Positions 13,618 through 25,124 of a DNA stretch of 64,000 bases are shown here, one piece after another (the first letter of the stretch is position 1; each line of letters opens with the position of its first letter). The stretch lies in NCBI GenBank assembly GCA_973895155.1, contig OZ316891.1:21154169-21218168 (forward strand). The letters run 5' to 3'. Origin of the DNA: Marsupella aquatica. Taxonomy: Eukaryota > Plantae > Marchantiophyta. The notes below the pieces were generated by a model. The model searched no databases and had not been told where the DNA came from. It worked only from the letters and a program-made list of their open reading frames with translations. Both the position numbers and the translations under genes were made by a program.

Positions 13618-14268
13618 CTACTTTTTCTTCGTTATGGCGGAGACTATGGCCCCGGCCATGAAGACTCCCAACGCAGGTTGAAACACGGATGGCCACAGAG
13701 GAAGCCAGGAATCAATCAACCAGGTTGATTGCAGCGCACCCTGCTCTACCAAGCCAGCGAGAAGCCAAGCTAAAATAAAGAGAATGAAAAAGAAATCAGC
13801 CACCAGAATTTTATCCACAGCGTCTCGGACGACGCCACCGTCGCCTGTCTGCTCAGGTGCTTGATCATTTCTCCTCCGTTCGGCTTGGCTCCACAGTCTC
13901 TCCTTCTCTTCCTTCTTGGCGAACCGCTCTATGTCTCTCTCCAGAGTCGCGGCATCGAGCGATTCGAATTCATTCGAGAGCTCGCTCGCTGATTCAAGCT
14001 CACTCCTCCACAACTGTCGCCCTTTCGTCGCTGCAGATGAATCGGCGGCACCCCCATCGTCGTCCTCCGCTGCTGCTGCACGCAGAATGCTTCTCCTGAG
14101 ATTCCTACCATTCCGGTGAGGATTAGATTTTGCATAGAGCGCTCTAAATTTCCAGAATTGGATCGGGAGGGAGCACAATGATGACGACAAAATGCTTCCA
14201 CTCTTCTCAGCACTGTGATAGCCCTTCGACGCCACAAGAGGAGAGCAAACGCAACGCAGGGCTGCCAT
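13618..14268 (-). CDS. Putative plastid (thylakoid) membrane protein, 216 aa, intronless
   Basis: Ser/Arg-rich, acid-poor N-terminus ending in LRAAAA (transit-peptide-like), then an acidic linker and two hydrophobic segments: DKILVADFFFILFILAWLLAG and WLPLWPSVFQPALGVFMAGAIVS. Confidence 0.85.
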   Translation of the reverse strand: MAALRCVCSPLVASKGYHSAEKSGSILSSSLCSLPIQFWKFRALYAKSNPHRNGRNLRRSILRAAAAEDDDGGAADSSAATKGRQLWRSELESASELSNEFESLDAATLERDIERFAKKEEKERLWSQAERRRNDQAPEQTGDGGVVRDAVDKILVADFFFILFILAWLLAGLVEQGALQSTWLIDSWLPLWPSVFQPALGVFMAGAIVSAITKKK

Positions 14269-15428
14269 AGCTGTGAATGCTGGGATTCAGAACTTCTGAT
14301 TTCAGAAGATTTGCCTCACGTCACCGTTGAGTCCAATCATGCATTTCTGTCCCAATCTCATGTCATTTCTGTCCCAATGTCATGTCACGGTGACAATTTG
14401 CCTAATGTCAGAGGTGAGATGGGGTCACTTCCCAACGGACGAGAGCGATTGCTATAATTTATCTGGATTCTTCCCAGCGGACGGATGAGGCATACAGATA
14501 TTGAAATACTTCCCGCTCATACACACACATCAGTCGGAAATCGGCTGCGTTTGTGGTCGGGTTGAGAGAACGAAGAAAGCGTCTGCAAAAAAGCAGAGCA
14601 GTCCTTCAAGTCAGCGTCATCGTTAATTCGAATTAAAATTAGAGTACATGCTGGTTCTTTAAACTGGCAGGAGACCACGAAGAACAACATACTCCCCTCT
14701 TCTGAACGCTCCAAGCTGAGTTAGACCTGCCCTAAATTCCACGAGTAGAACAATCACCGATTACTAATGTACTCCATGACTTTAGAGAGAGAGAGAGAAA
14801 GGAGAATTCTCAATTATTAGGGTACTGAGTAACTGTCGCCCATTCTGTGCCTCAGCAGACAAAGAGGTTCACTGACGCAGCTGAACGCTCGCTCAATGCC
14901 GTACTTTAGAATTCGGGGAGTTCACAACCACAACGACTCCGGTCGGTCTTCATCCCGTCAACTCCGTGACAATTTTGCCCCAGAAAGAGAGAGAGCGACA
15001 CAGTGAAGCTGCTGCTCAACCAGGAGCATCATTCTGTCAATCGAACAACCACAATCGTACCGTTTCTCTTGTCTTGGTGCGAGATCGATCCAGCGAAATC
15101 CTCCAGTCGAGGAAACTAATCATGCGTACTGCGTATACCCAAGCCCGAAAGGAATTTTCATCATTTCGCCACAACTATCCAACGTTGGCGAGGAAAATAA
15201 TAGCAGTGTCACTACAGTGCCGTAGCAGTCCGGGCGATGGAGGTGAGTGAAAATAGACAGGGATTTCCATGTCACAGCCTATCGAACAACAGTGCCATCA
15301 TTCCAGCTCGAAGTGAGGAAGACACAGTAGATGAAAGGCTGGACTGTCCACTACGTATAGGGATGACTATTTTGTATGGGGTTACCTGTCTCTAAACTCT
15401 GTGACCAAAAAGTGAGTAAATGAGGTAA

Positions 15429-16340
15429 CTGGGATTTACTAGAATGCCACTCTTTTGTGGCCTAAGAGCATCCCCACTGATCCCGCCATTTGCGGGATGG
15501 AAAAGGGATGTTTTCGGGGCCTGGTAAGGGCCGGGCTGTCTGGCGAGCAGTTGTCCCAGACAATTCTCCTACCCGACACTGGATACCAGGCAGGGAAACC
15601 AGCCCGGTTCAACGTATCCGGCCAGTTTGGTGCGAACGAGCCCTATAGTTGCGGGCCATAGAAAGTTGAATGCTCGACGCTCCCCTTCAGAAAACGCCCC
15701 TTGCAGATTATATAGTTATCTGTATTCCCTATATGTGGCTCCGTAGTGATCAAGAAAATTGCAAACTCTCGATCATAATTTACGACACGAAACTGTTTTC
15801 ACTGAGCATATGCCTCTCTGATTGGCGGCCCAAGCTTACAAGTTGCGCTTTGTATCTTCGAGATAGACTGTGCTGTTCTAATGTGCTACCTGGTCGCGAC
15901 CGTCTGGTGATGACTCGATAGGGCAAATCACAAGAAATTCTGACCATCGATTTCATTCAGCGAGCTAGAACCGGCCGGGACAGCGGATGTCAGGACTGGC
16001 GTGCCGAGCTCCAATTGTGGCCAGCCGGAAGGATAGCGGTGCTGATAACGCTGTCCGGTGGGGTATCAATTTTTTATTTTAAACTGTTGGAAGAGGATAC
16101 TGGTAGCAGGCCCGCCAGTTTGCAGGACCGGTGGGAATGCTCTAAGTTACTACCTTGTCACCTTTTTTCTTCTATTTATCAGAATGTCACTCTTTTTTAT
16201 CACGGATTAAGAAAAGGTACTTGAGTTAACCATTCAAGTTACATCGGTTAGGGAAAAGAGTGGCATTCTGATAAATAGAAAAGAAAGGGTGGCAAGGTAG
16301 TAATTAGGCCACAAAAGAGTGACACTCTAGTAAATCCCAG
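15429..16340. mobile_element. Mutator-like foldback MITE (~232 bp, ~85-bp TIRs) interrupted by a Tourist MITE
   Basis: Termini are CTGGGATTTACTAG...CTAGTAAATCCCAG. The flanks AATGAGGTAA / AATGCCGTAA look like a decayed 10-bp TSD. An uninterrupted copy lies at 26661-26892. Confidence 0.75.
15466..16142. mobile_element. Tourist (PIF/Harbinger) MITE, 677 bp, TAA TSD
   Basis: TIRs are GAGCATCCCCACTGATCC / GGACCGGTGGGAATGCTC, with TAA on both sides (15463-65, 16143-45). The paralogous site in the right arm (about 26857) is empty and has a single TAA. Confidence 0.93.
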
Positions 16341-16471
16341 AATGCCGTAATGACTGTTTGGTATGGGGTTACTAGTCTCTAACCTGTGACCAAAAAGTGA
16401 ATAAATGCAGGAAAGTTTTTCCGAGCTTTGCGGGAACAGGTTTCAGACTAGTCCAAATAGTCGTCATTATA

Positions 16472-16593
16472 CGTAATACCTGTCCGGAAAAAAGATTCAC
16501 GGGTAAGACTTTCTGGGCATAGGGTTATGGAAATGGTAGCACCTAGTAGAAAAGGTTACACACCCGTGACCTTTCTTCCTGATAGGAATTACG
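16472..16593. mobile_element. ~122-bp Stowaway-like MITE (TA flanks)
   Basis: TA|CGTAATACCTGTCCGGAAAAAAG...CTTTCTTCCTGATAGGAATTACG|TA. Homologous copies are at 26408-26529 and 62021-62141. Confidence 0.75.
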
Positions 16594-16613
16594 TACTCTA
16601 GTAGGGCATCTAG

Positions 16614-17169
16614 TAGGGCGTCTCAAATATTGAAGGAAAAAAAGCCACTCCTCACTGGTGGACCAAGATGCACTTGTGCGCACAGAACAGGGTACAGCTG
16701 GGCTGTGATCTTTTTGGGCAGTCAGATTTGAGAAAGGTTGTAGCAGTGTGTGTGAATGGTAACCTGAGTCAATGACTACTCTGAAATTGGGTCCTCTTCC
16801 TCGTAGCAGTCCGGCCCTCATTTCGGTGACAACTCCCGAGCATGACTGGTGAGGCCTCACATTCGGCACCCGACCAGTCCTTCCCGTTGCCTGGGCCCAC
16901 AACACTCCCAAACGTAGTCACGCATGAATTTGACAGTATTTTAGACTCCCTAGTAGTGGATTGTGCAGGGATGCGGGGACTGAAGTTCTTTTGCATCATA
17001 ATAGGTCTCAAGTCTCTTTGTTTTGGCTCTGGTCAAGGTCACACATGTTTTTGCAAACTAAAAGGACTCGCAAAAACTTGTCCTACCAATTGTGATCAAT
17101 GTCTGTAGTTCGCACTTTTGGGCTGTGGATGTGGATCTTTTTGTGGCGCTTCAGATTTGAGATGCCCTA
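16614..17169. mobile_element. hAT-like non-autonomous element (15-bp TIR), TSD not preserved
   Basis: Termini are TAGGGCGTCTCAAAT...ATTTGAGATGCCCTA. A mirrored copy lies in the right arm (about 25827-26387). Confidence 0.5.
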
Positions 17170-17260
17170 GTAGAGTTAGAACATCCCCACCCATCTTGCC
17201 ATTTCCTGGATGGTATTGGGCTAGGCGAGGGGCTAGGTAGCGGAATGTTTAGGGAGTAGC

Positions 17261-17580
17261 CATATATAGAGAGGGGGTCACAGTTTTTTGTTGGTGGAAA
17301 ACTTTTGCTAGATTGCACCCCACTAAATAGTCTTTGCCACTTTTGGCAAAACTTTGGTCGCCACTACATAGAGAGAGGGGTTGCACCAGTTTTTTTTTGG
17401 TGGTGTAAATTCGCCAAATTGCACCCCTCTAAAATGTCTTTGCCACTTTTGGCAAAATTTTGGTATCCACCATATAGAGCTCAGAGGGGGTCACACTAGT
17501 TTTTCCCTTGGTGGCAAAAATTGCTAAGTTGCACCCTCCTAAAAAGTCTTTGCCACTTTTGGCAAAATGTTTTTGGTAGC
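17261..17580. repeat. 3 x ~105-bp tandem repeat related to the left end of the hAT MITE at 41186
   Basis: Units start at about 17261, 17367 and 17471. Each contains CAGTTTTTT..GGTGG.AAA.TTGCTAGATTGCACCCC..AAAA.GTCTTTGCCACTTTTGGCAAAA, which matches 41186-41260. The array is mirrored at about 25440-25745. Confidence 0.8.
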
Positions 17581-19095
17581 TTCTGTATCTATCAGGAGCC
17601 AATTTCCCTCCTAGCCATAGACCCCATTAGACAAAATCTGACCACATCCTTAAATCTAGGACATAAATTAGATAAGGAATACTCTTAGCATTTCTCCTTC
17701 ACACAAGGTGGCATTGTCGCAAGGGTAAAACAGCCTTTAAAATTACACTACTCGTCCGAGAGTGTCATCCATCCCAAATTCACTGATGAACTGGCAGTAT
17801 CCACATTGGAGGAGGTGAAAATCACACTGCAGTGCATCTGTTTGTCACTTCCAGAATGTGGTGACTACATCGGCCTTTGATGTGTGCATTACAGCTTGCA
17901 TTGCTTTATATGTGTTGGAGACTTGTCTTGCCAAAATTGAGTCTCAAGTTGAAAGAAAATGTTGTTTCTTTATAACTCAAAACAATCTTACTAAACCTTC
18001 ATTTCTTGAAATGAAAAGTCACAATAGTACTACATAATATTGGGAAATGAGTGTTTTGGTAAATGAGGCCAAATGATTATTAAACATGAACCTAGCATAT
18101 TCAAATACAAATTTTTTGCCTGGTAGACTATTATTGTGATCATCAAAGATTTTATCAAAGTAAGTGTCTTGTTAGTCAAGACTTTCAGCCATATCCATTT
18201 TGCAGGATAATCTTTTTAGAAAGTGATATCAAAAGACCAGAAAACCTACCACTACATACATTTGGTCAAAGATAGAAAATTGAGTGAAAACTATGACTAC
18301 CAAGGTTGTACCAAATAAAATGTTTGCCTGAAGCCCTAGTTGATGTGCAATATTGGTAAAAGTTATAATCAGTTCAATTTCAAGAGTACCTAGGTAAGAG
18401 ATTGTTTGTTTGACAAATCTACCATGGTTGTAAGCTCCTATTTTTTTTCCCAATTTTGGCTCAAGGTGTACTAGGTAGAGTGACTTGTCACCTTCAATCT
18501 GCAAGATAGCATTTTTGCAATATTGGTCACAAAAACGACAGAAAAAAAAAGAATTTTCATCTCTGCTAAACTTAAATATGGCATTTTGGAGGGTGCAATT
18601 TGACATGAAAAACATATTACTGAAATATGAAATATACTTCAAAATTCAAAAGTGTCCTAGCAAGGTCAATGTTGTAATGCTGTAAATATTGCAACCAAAC
18701 TTTAAGTTTTCTTTGTCGGGAGTTCTCTATAAAGAGAACACTCTATGTTTGGAGACATGTTTTCATGGATGATACATTGCCTTAAGTTCCCTATACCTTG
18801 AGTTCCCATTAAGGAGAACATCTTATGCTTGGGGACACCCATGGATAATACATTGCCTTACTTTAGAATCAATTTCATAAAAACATTAATTACACATTAA
18901 CTATTCAATAAATAAAACTCCCAAGTTGGTTATGCATTACTAAGACCTTCACTTTTAAAATGCTAAAGCTTTCACTATAGTAGAAACTAGCAGGTTTAAC
19001 ACAATAAATAAATAATTCTTAAAAATCTGAGATCCTAAGATCAATGCACATTTTAAATATAGTTAAGCATTTGAACATATAGCTAAGCATTTTAA

Positions 19096-19647
19096 AGACA
19101 GGTAACCCCATACAAAATAGTCATTACCCTATACGCAGTGGACAGTCCAGCCTTTCATCTGCTGTGTCTTCCTCACTTCGAGCTGGAATGATGGCACTGT
19201 GGTTCGATAGGTTGTGACAAGGAAATCCCTGTCTACTTTCACTCACCCTCCATCGCCCGGACTGCTACGGCACTGTAGTGACACTGCTATTATTTTCCTC
19301 GCGAACGTTGGATAGTTGTGGCGAAATGATGAAAATGCCTTTCGGGCTTAGGCATACGCAGTACGCATGATTAGTTTCCTTGACTGGAGGATTTCGCTGG
19401 ATCGATGTCGCGCCAAGACAAGAGAAACGGTACGATTGTGGCAGTTCGATTGACAGAATGATGCTCCTGATTAAGCAGCAGCTTCACTGTGTCGCTCTCT
19501 CTCTCTTTCTGGGGCAAAAATTGTCACGGAGTTGACGGGATGAAGACCGACCGGAGTCGTTGCGGTTGTGAACTCCCCGAATTCTAAAGTACAGCATTGA
19601 TCGAGCGTTCAGCTGCATCAGTGAACCTCCTTGTCTTCTGAGGCACA
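19096..19647 (+). repeat. Third, partial copy (~550 bp) of the duplicated module
   Basis: Direct repeat of 26930-27478 and inverted repeat of 14846-15391, running from AGACAGGTAACCCCATACAAAATAGTCATTACCC to GTGAACCTCCTTGTCTTCTGAGGCACA. Confidence 0.96.
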
Positions 19648-19948
19648 CTAACCAATTGGAAAGCGAACGTTGTTGTGGGTTTTTAACCGTGCCGGTGATG
19701 GGGGCTCATGAGCTGACGAGCCGAGCTCCGAGGTTACTGAGCTGACTGCTCATTGGTGAGACTGATTTGGTTGTGGAAGTGGAGAGCAGCGGAGCGGGAG
19801 AGAAGTTCTACGACAACACCATAGCCAGTGAAGCTTCGTTACCGTCTCCTAAGTCCTGCTTGCCTGCTTGCCCTGGCTTTGGGGACGAAGTGGAGTCACC
19901 GTTTCGACTCTCCTAGCGTCTCGTTCTCCACTCGAGAGCCGCGTAGCT

Positions 19949-22900
19949 ATGGCTCTCGTTCGCGATGTCACAACCTACTGTCTCCGTCATTCTGCTCCCG
20001 CGTGCATTCTGGACAACCACTGCCATCTTTCGGCTTCCCGCAGTGCCTCCTTCTCAGGCCGGAGCGAATGGCTCTCTCCCAAGAAGTTCTCTACGGAGCT
20101 CTCATTGCTCAGCAGCAGCAGCAGCAGGTAATTCCCGTTTGGTGTTAAGAAACGCCTCTAGTGCCTTTTTTTGTTTTTCCTTTCGCAATGGGGAGGAAGT
20201 CCGTTAAATGGGACCATACCATTTAATATCTGGTGTGATGTACGACAATTTTGGATTTATGCACTGTTTGCATGGATGATATAGTTGTCTGATCTATAAT
20301 ATTATTTACCTCGTCTTTCTGGAGTGACCTTCGTATAAATCTTTGGAGGCATCTTTTACGTTGTTTCTCACTTTTAGCATTCACCACCATTCTGATACTC
20401 ACGAGGGATTTCTCTTGATATTATACCTAAAAGTACATATGATGAAGGGTATAGACAACCAGAACAAGACCATATTGGAACATGAAAAGATGGTTTGTTT
20501 AACAGTCAAAAATATGACATGGCATAGATAGTGCAAATCCGAGTGTTTTATTCTAATTCATATGTGGCATGGTGATTTGCCTGCTTTAAAATGACTTCCT
20601 CAGTTACTGAATACATAAAGCTCTAAATTGCTGACTACTACAAAGTGTTCTCTCCCAATCGAAGTCGTATGATGACACCCTGTGTCTGTGTCTGTCTGTG
20701 TTGTATCTGTTGCATATTGAATTTGAATCAGGAAACGGTCTGGGACTTCAAAGGCATCTGGATGCCGTTGTCTAGGGGAAGGTGCATGGTTTGAGTTTTC
20801 ATCAGAGGGTGCCAGCACGAATGCCAAGACCTCCGGACTTGGGGACTTCAAAATATTATCTCATTTGCAGCAGCTTGGATGTGGTGAATTGAAGAAGAAA
20901 CCGCAGGAGGTTTACTTCCCTGGTTGCATGAACGAGTCTTACGCATTTTATTGCACCGGCGGTGACTATTTCGTCAAGATCAATAGGTACGATAAGTCAC
21001 AACCCGGGATTCTTCCTGCTTTTTGGATTCTAGTCTCCGTGGAGAGACATGAGTTCTACAGGAGTTATTTGTAGTAAAAATTCTTCAATGTACTTCGGAT
21101 AGTGAACTGCCCTGTGTTCGGCTGCAGGCGCTTTGATGTGGACAGTATGTTTGCTGGAGAACTTGAAGCGTAGGTATACACACCTCCACGAACAAGGTTT
21201 AGTTATTCTTACTTGAAATGCTCCTCGGGATTTATGGACTTTCTTGACTTGCTTTCACAGATCTAGAGCTACTAAATCTCATGTCCACCGGCATAATCCA
21301 GACTTGACAGAACGGTCAATTTTCTAGTGTGGACTTATAGCACTAAAGCCTTGACTTGCATTACAGACTTAAAATGATGAAGGCAACCGATGCAATTCGA
21401 GTGCCAACGCCACTAGGTTGTGGGAGTCTCTCGGACGGCGGCTCCTACCTTATTATGGAACATTTACATTTTCGTCCTTTCGGCATGGTAAATGTAGTTG
21501 CCATGCTTGATTGGCTCCATGACCTCGTCATGCCAATGCTCTGATCTGTTTGGTTTTTATCTGTTCATGACTTGCCTGTCTTTCTGACTTGAATCTGGCA
21601 CAACTGAGTCCTTAATACAGACTTTATCTTTATTCCCAGTACTCTGGAAGGTCCTGTAACTCCAGCAGTGGCTTAGATGTCAAATGATTACAATGCTGGG
21701 ATCATTCATTTCTTATTTGTGTCAGTGTTTGCATTTTCTGGATGGTTGCAGTTGCAGAACTGTTGTCAAGAAGCCCTCGGTAGGGGTATGGCACAACTGC
21801 ACTTGGCTGATGTTGGGCCATCCTTTGGCTTCCCCGTACAGACCAGGTGTGGCTAGCCACTTTTCATCTGTTTATCGCTGTGGAATCTAAAGAAGAATTA
21901 CTTAACTCCAATATGTTCACATTCTGATGCTCTAATACGTGGGTGGTTGAAAATTGTACAGGCTAGGAGTACTTGAACTGTCCAATTCATGGAGCACATC
22001 ATGGGCAGAGTTTTTCATCGAGCATCGTCTTCGCGAGCGCCTTGAGGTGGAAAACCATTCCAATAATCTCAGTTTCCAGAGTAGATTCGGTATCTTTTTT
22101 GTTCACGTGGACAGTACTGATTATTCGAGGACAGATGGTCTACGCAGTTTTTGGAGAACAGGACCCTGATATACGGAAGAAAGGCGATCTGGTGCTGGAG
22201 CATGCCACATTGCTTTTTAAGGACTATCGTGCTCGTCCCAGTCTACTGCATGGGGATCTCTGGGTACGAGAGTCTACTCCCTCCTCGTGACGGAGTTCTA
22301 TAATCTGCAATATGGAAAGGTCCTGGTAGGCCAGGATAACAATTGCATCTACCCGGTTTGGAGCATGAATTTTGCCTTTCTAAGTTCTTCCCTAAGCACT
22401 GCTATTCTGGGCACAGTGCAGTCTATCTGGGAATTGTATTTTGATTACTGCCAATTGAAGCAAACTGATTAGGCTCTCATGCCTTGTCGTCTCGGTTGAT
22501 GAATAAGTGCAGTTTCAGTTTCATAACGATGACTGACTTGTTATGTACAGATGGGAAATTCGGGTCTCCTGTCATCAGGGGAAGTAGCCATTTATGATCC
22601 TGCTACCTTCATTGGGGATTCAGAATTTGGTACTTGCGCAATTCTTGCACTCTGTTGAAATTATAGATTGGGCATGTACTAGTCAACGGCAGCAAAAGCC
22701 AGCATTTCTTTGCTGTTCTTATTGGATGTGGATTGTTGATTTTTTGCACCTTCACTGCACTATCAAGATCACAGTTAAAACTCAGTCTTACGAGTCTTTT
22801 CAGTTTCCTGGAAAGAAGAGCTGCGTTATTGACTCGGATTTCGTACGCGTTGAATATGTTATGGTCATTCTGCTTCGGCTTATGAGATCTAGGAACCTCT

Positions 22901-23673
22901 TGACTTTAATTGTTAACGTTGCTTCAGATTTAGCATTTCAAGGATGGACTCCATCAAAGGGTTTCCCTGGCTTACGTAAGTCTGTCTGTACTTTACTACT
23001 CCATGCGCTGAATTGAAAACGTATATCGAGTTTACAGTCGTGCCTTACCACACAAGGCTGACAACCCTGGACGCCCTGGTCAGTTAGTGAGGGGGTCAAA
23101 GTTAGTGCTAACTACACCAGTGGCGGAAAGGAGAGTTGGACGTGAAATTACGCTTTCTTTCCAAGGTGCATGGCTGCCAGTTCTTGGGGAGATCCGAACG
23201 AGAACAGAATAGGTGAAGCCATATTTTTCCAAAATCTAGGATATCAGTGATTCAGGGCTACCGTTTTTCTCAAATAACCTACACTTCAATTGCGTAGTCT
23301 TTCCTACTGCCCTTCCCATCAGTTTTATTTTCATAACTTTGGGGACTTTATGTCGTTTGTAGTGGAGGGCTTTTACAGATCATATCATGAATTATTGCCT
23401 CGCGCCGCGGGATTCGATCAAAGGCATCAGGTGTATCAACTATATCATTTGCTAAACCACCTTCTCTTGTGTAAGTTTACTTTCGGTTCTCGACTTTTAA
23501 CCTGTCTGTATTTGCGACTGGGTTAACGGTTTGCTCTTCTTTTCATTTGTGTATGAAAACATTAGAAGCAAAACGTTATGGCCTCACATATGCTATTCAT
23601 GTACTTTTGTGCAGATCGTGTAGAGTATTTCCAGCACGTCATGACGGCTATGGACAAAATCTTGATGGGGTAG
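19949..23673 (+). CDS. Fructosamine/protein-ribulosamine 3-kinase family protein, plastid-targeted, ~399 aa, 11 exons
   Basis: Exons 19949-20127, 20732-20986, 21128-21169, 21367-21487, 21752-21846, 21962-22046, 22135-22263, 22551-22629, 22928-22975, 23363-23470, 23615-23673. All junctions are GT-AG and join in frame (1200 nt). Motifs: YFVKIN, MFAGELEAL, IRVPTP, YLIMEHL, LGRGMAQLH, FGF, WAEFFIEHRL, PSLLHGDLWMGN, YDPA, YQLYHLLNH. Confidence 0.93.
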
Positions 23674-23896
23674 GATTTTCAAACACGACAGCCAGAGAGA
23701 TTTTACTTCAGAACAGTAATTTCCTGTCCTGCTTGCAGGGAATGCATGTGTAGGAAGCTCAAGGTTGATCCGCTGTAAGAACAGCTGGCTTTGAGGAGGA
23801 TTTTATGTACTTAGTATGGGCAGCTCTCGTTTGAAGAGCAGTTAAGAGTCAATTCTGCGGATCGTTTTACATCCATTTCTCAAAAATACCCTAATT

Positions 23897-24191
23897 TAGG
23901 GTGGGCTTTAGAGAGTTAAATTGGTCCATCCATCCCTTGTCTATCCGCAGTGACTGCTAGCGGATGGACAGGGGCATGAAGTAGGTGGGCTGGGGACAAT
24001 TGTGTTTTCGGACGTTTGCAGGGCTAGGCCAAGATGATAGCTGTCCACAACGCTGTCGACGTACTCTGTGTGACAAGTGTTTATGCATAAAAAAGAGTTA
24101 GTTCGTTTGATTCCTAGATCTGATCTGATACAATCAATCAGACGGGGGCATAAAAAGAGAATTGACACACACGTTTTGTAAAGCCACCCTA
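23897..24191. mobile_element. Possible hAT-like MITE (TAGGGTGGGCTTTA termini)
   Basis: Termini are TAGGGTGGGCTTTA...TAAAGCCACCCTA, and the same terminus recurs near 24768. No convincing 8-bp TSD. Confidence 0.4.
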
Positions 24192-25011
24192 ATTGTTGTA
24201 GTTGCTAGCTTCACTTTATTTGGTTCGTCATTTTCCTCTAGTTGGGCGAGTTTCCTTCATGGCAGTGGTGGAGTGGAGTGGTGACTCGACGATTCCAACC
24301 CTATTAGAAACACATTGAAGGAAATAGCATTTAAGGCCCCATCAGTATCGTGCTTCAGTACCATAAATTTGGAGAGGTGGTCGGGCTTTGACTCTAATGT
24401 TTTCTCGTCTTAAGAGAATACAGAGCAAAGACCGGACCCTCATCCACAGACCTGTACAGAAATTGGCCAGAGGAATGTTACTATTTTGCGACCAAACCTT
24501 TGCAGTCTCTAGGTTGAACTTGGAAGCACTATCAATCAGCTACTGACAACTGCTTCTATGGCAAAGCCTGTGTGACCGGTCACACAAAATGGAGGATGCC
24601 TGAGAGCCCACTCGCGAAATGATCGGGAAAAAACAGGTCTCGTTTGATAATAGTACCTGCTTCCCAACAAAGGCATAGTTGACAACAGGTGTACATTGTC
24701 ATTTTGTTTGATTCCTAAAGGCAGAGTTTGGGACAAGGCAGAGTTTGGGACATCAAGGGCTTTAGTCTAGGGTGGGCTTTAGTCTAGGGTCGGCTTTAGA
24801 CACTTCATTGTTCATTTCACCCCGTTCTTTAACATACGAGCATTCCCACCCATCTGGCAAAGTGACTGGGCCGGTGCAAGTGTGGCGCCTTTTGCCCATC
24901 AAACCCCAACAAACGATGCTCCACTGTTGCTCAACATTGCCATCCAAAACTTTCTGCCCCCTGAAGTTCAGCCCTCACGTCTGGGCTCCAGAAGCGGGCC
25001 TGCGTCCCAGC

Positions 25012-25124
25012 CATGCACACACACCATCACACATCAAAGGCCGACGTTGTCACCACATTTTGGAAGTCATGCACACACACCATCACACATCAAAGGCCGA
25101 CGTTGTCACCACATTCTGGAAGTG
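25012..25124. repeat. 2 x ~56-bp tandem duplication at the inner breakpoint of the right arm
   Basis: CATGCACACACACCATCACACATCAAAGGCCGACGTTGTCACCACATTYTGGAAGT occurs twice. Confidence 0.9.

Larger units (their letters stand above)
14407..17886 (+). repeat. Left arm of a large inverted duplication (partner 25084-27920)
   Basis: GTCAGAGGTGAGATGGGGTCACTTCCCAACGGACGAGAGCG at 14407 is the reverse complement of the sequence ending at 27920. Colinear similarity (about 90% by eye) continues to ...CGGCCTTTGATGTGTG at 17886. This arm has an extra 677-bp MITE. Confidence 0.97.

Noticed and set aside
24718-24800. GGGCTTTAGTCTAGGGT repeats as interstitial telomere
   Set aside because: These are not TTTAGGG/TTAGGG arrays. 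They are better explained as a duplicated MITE terminus.
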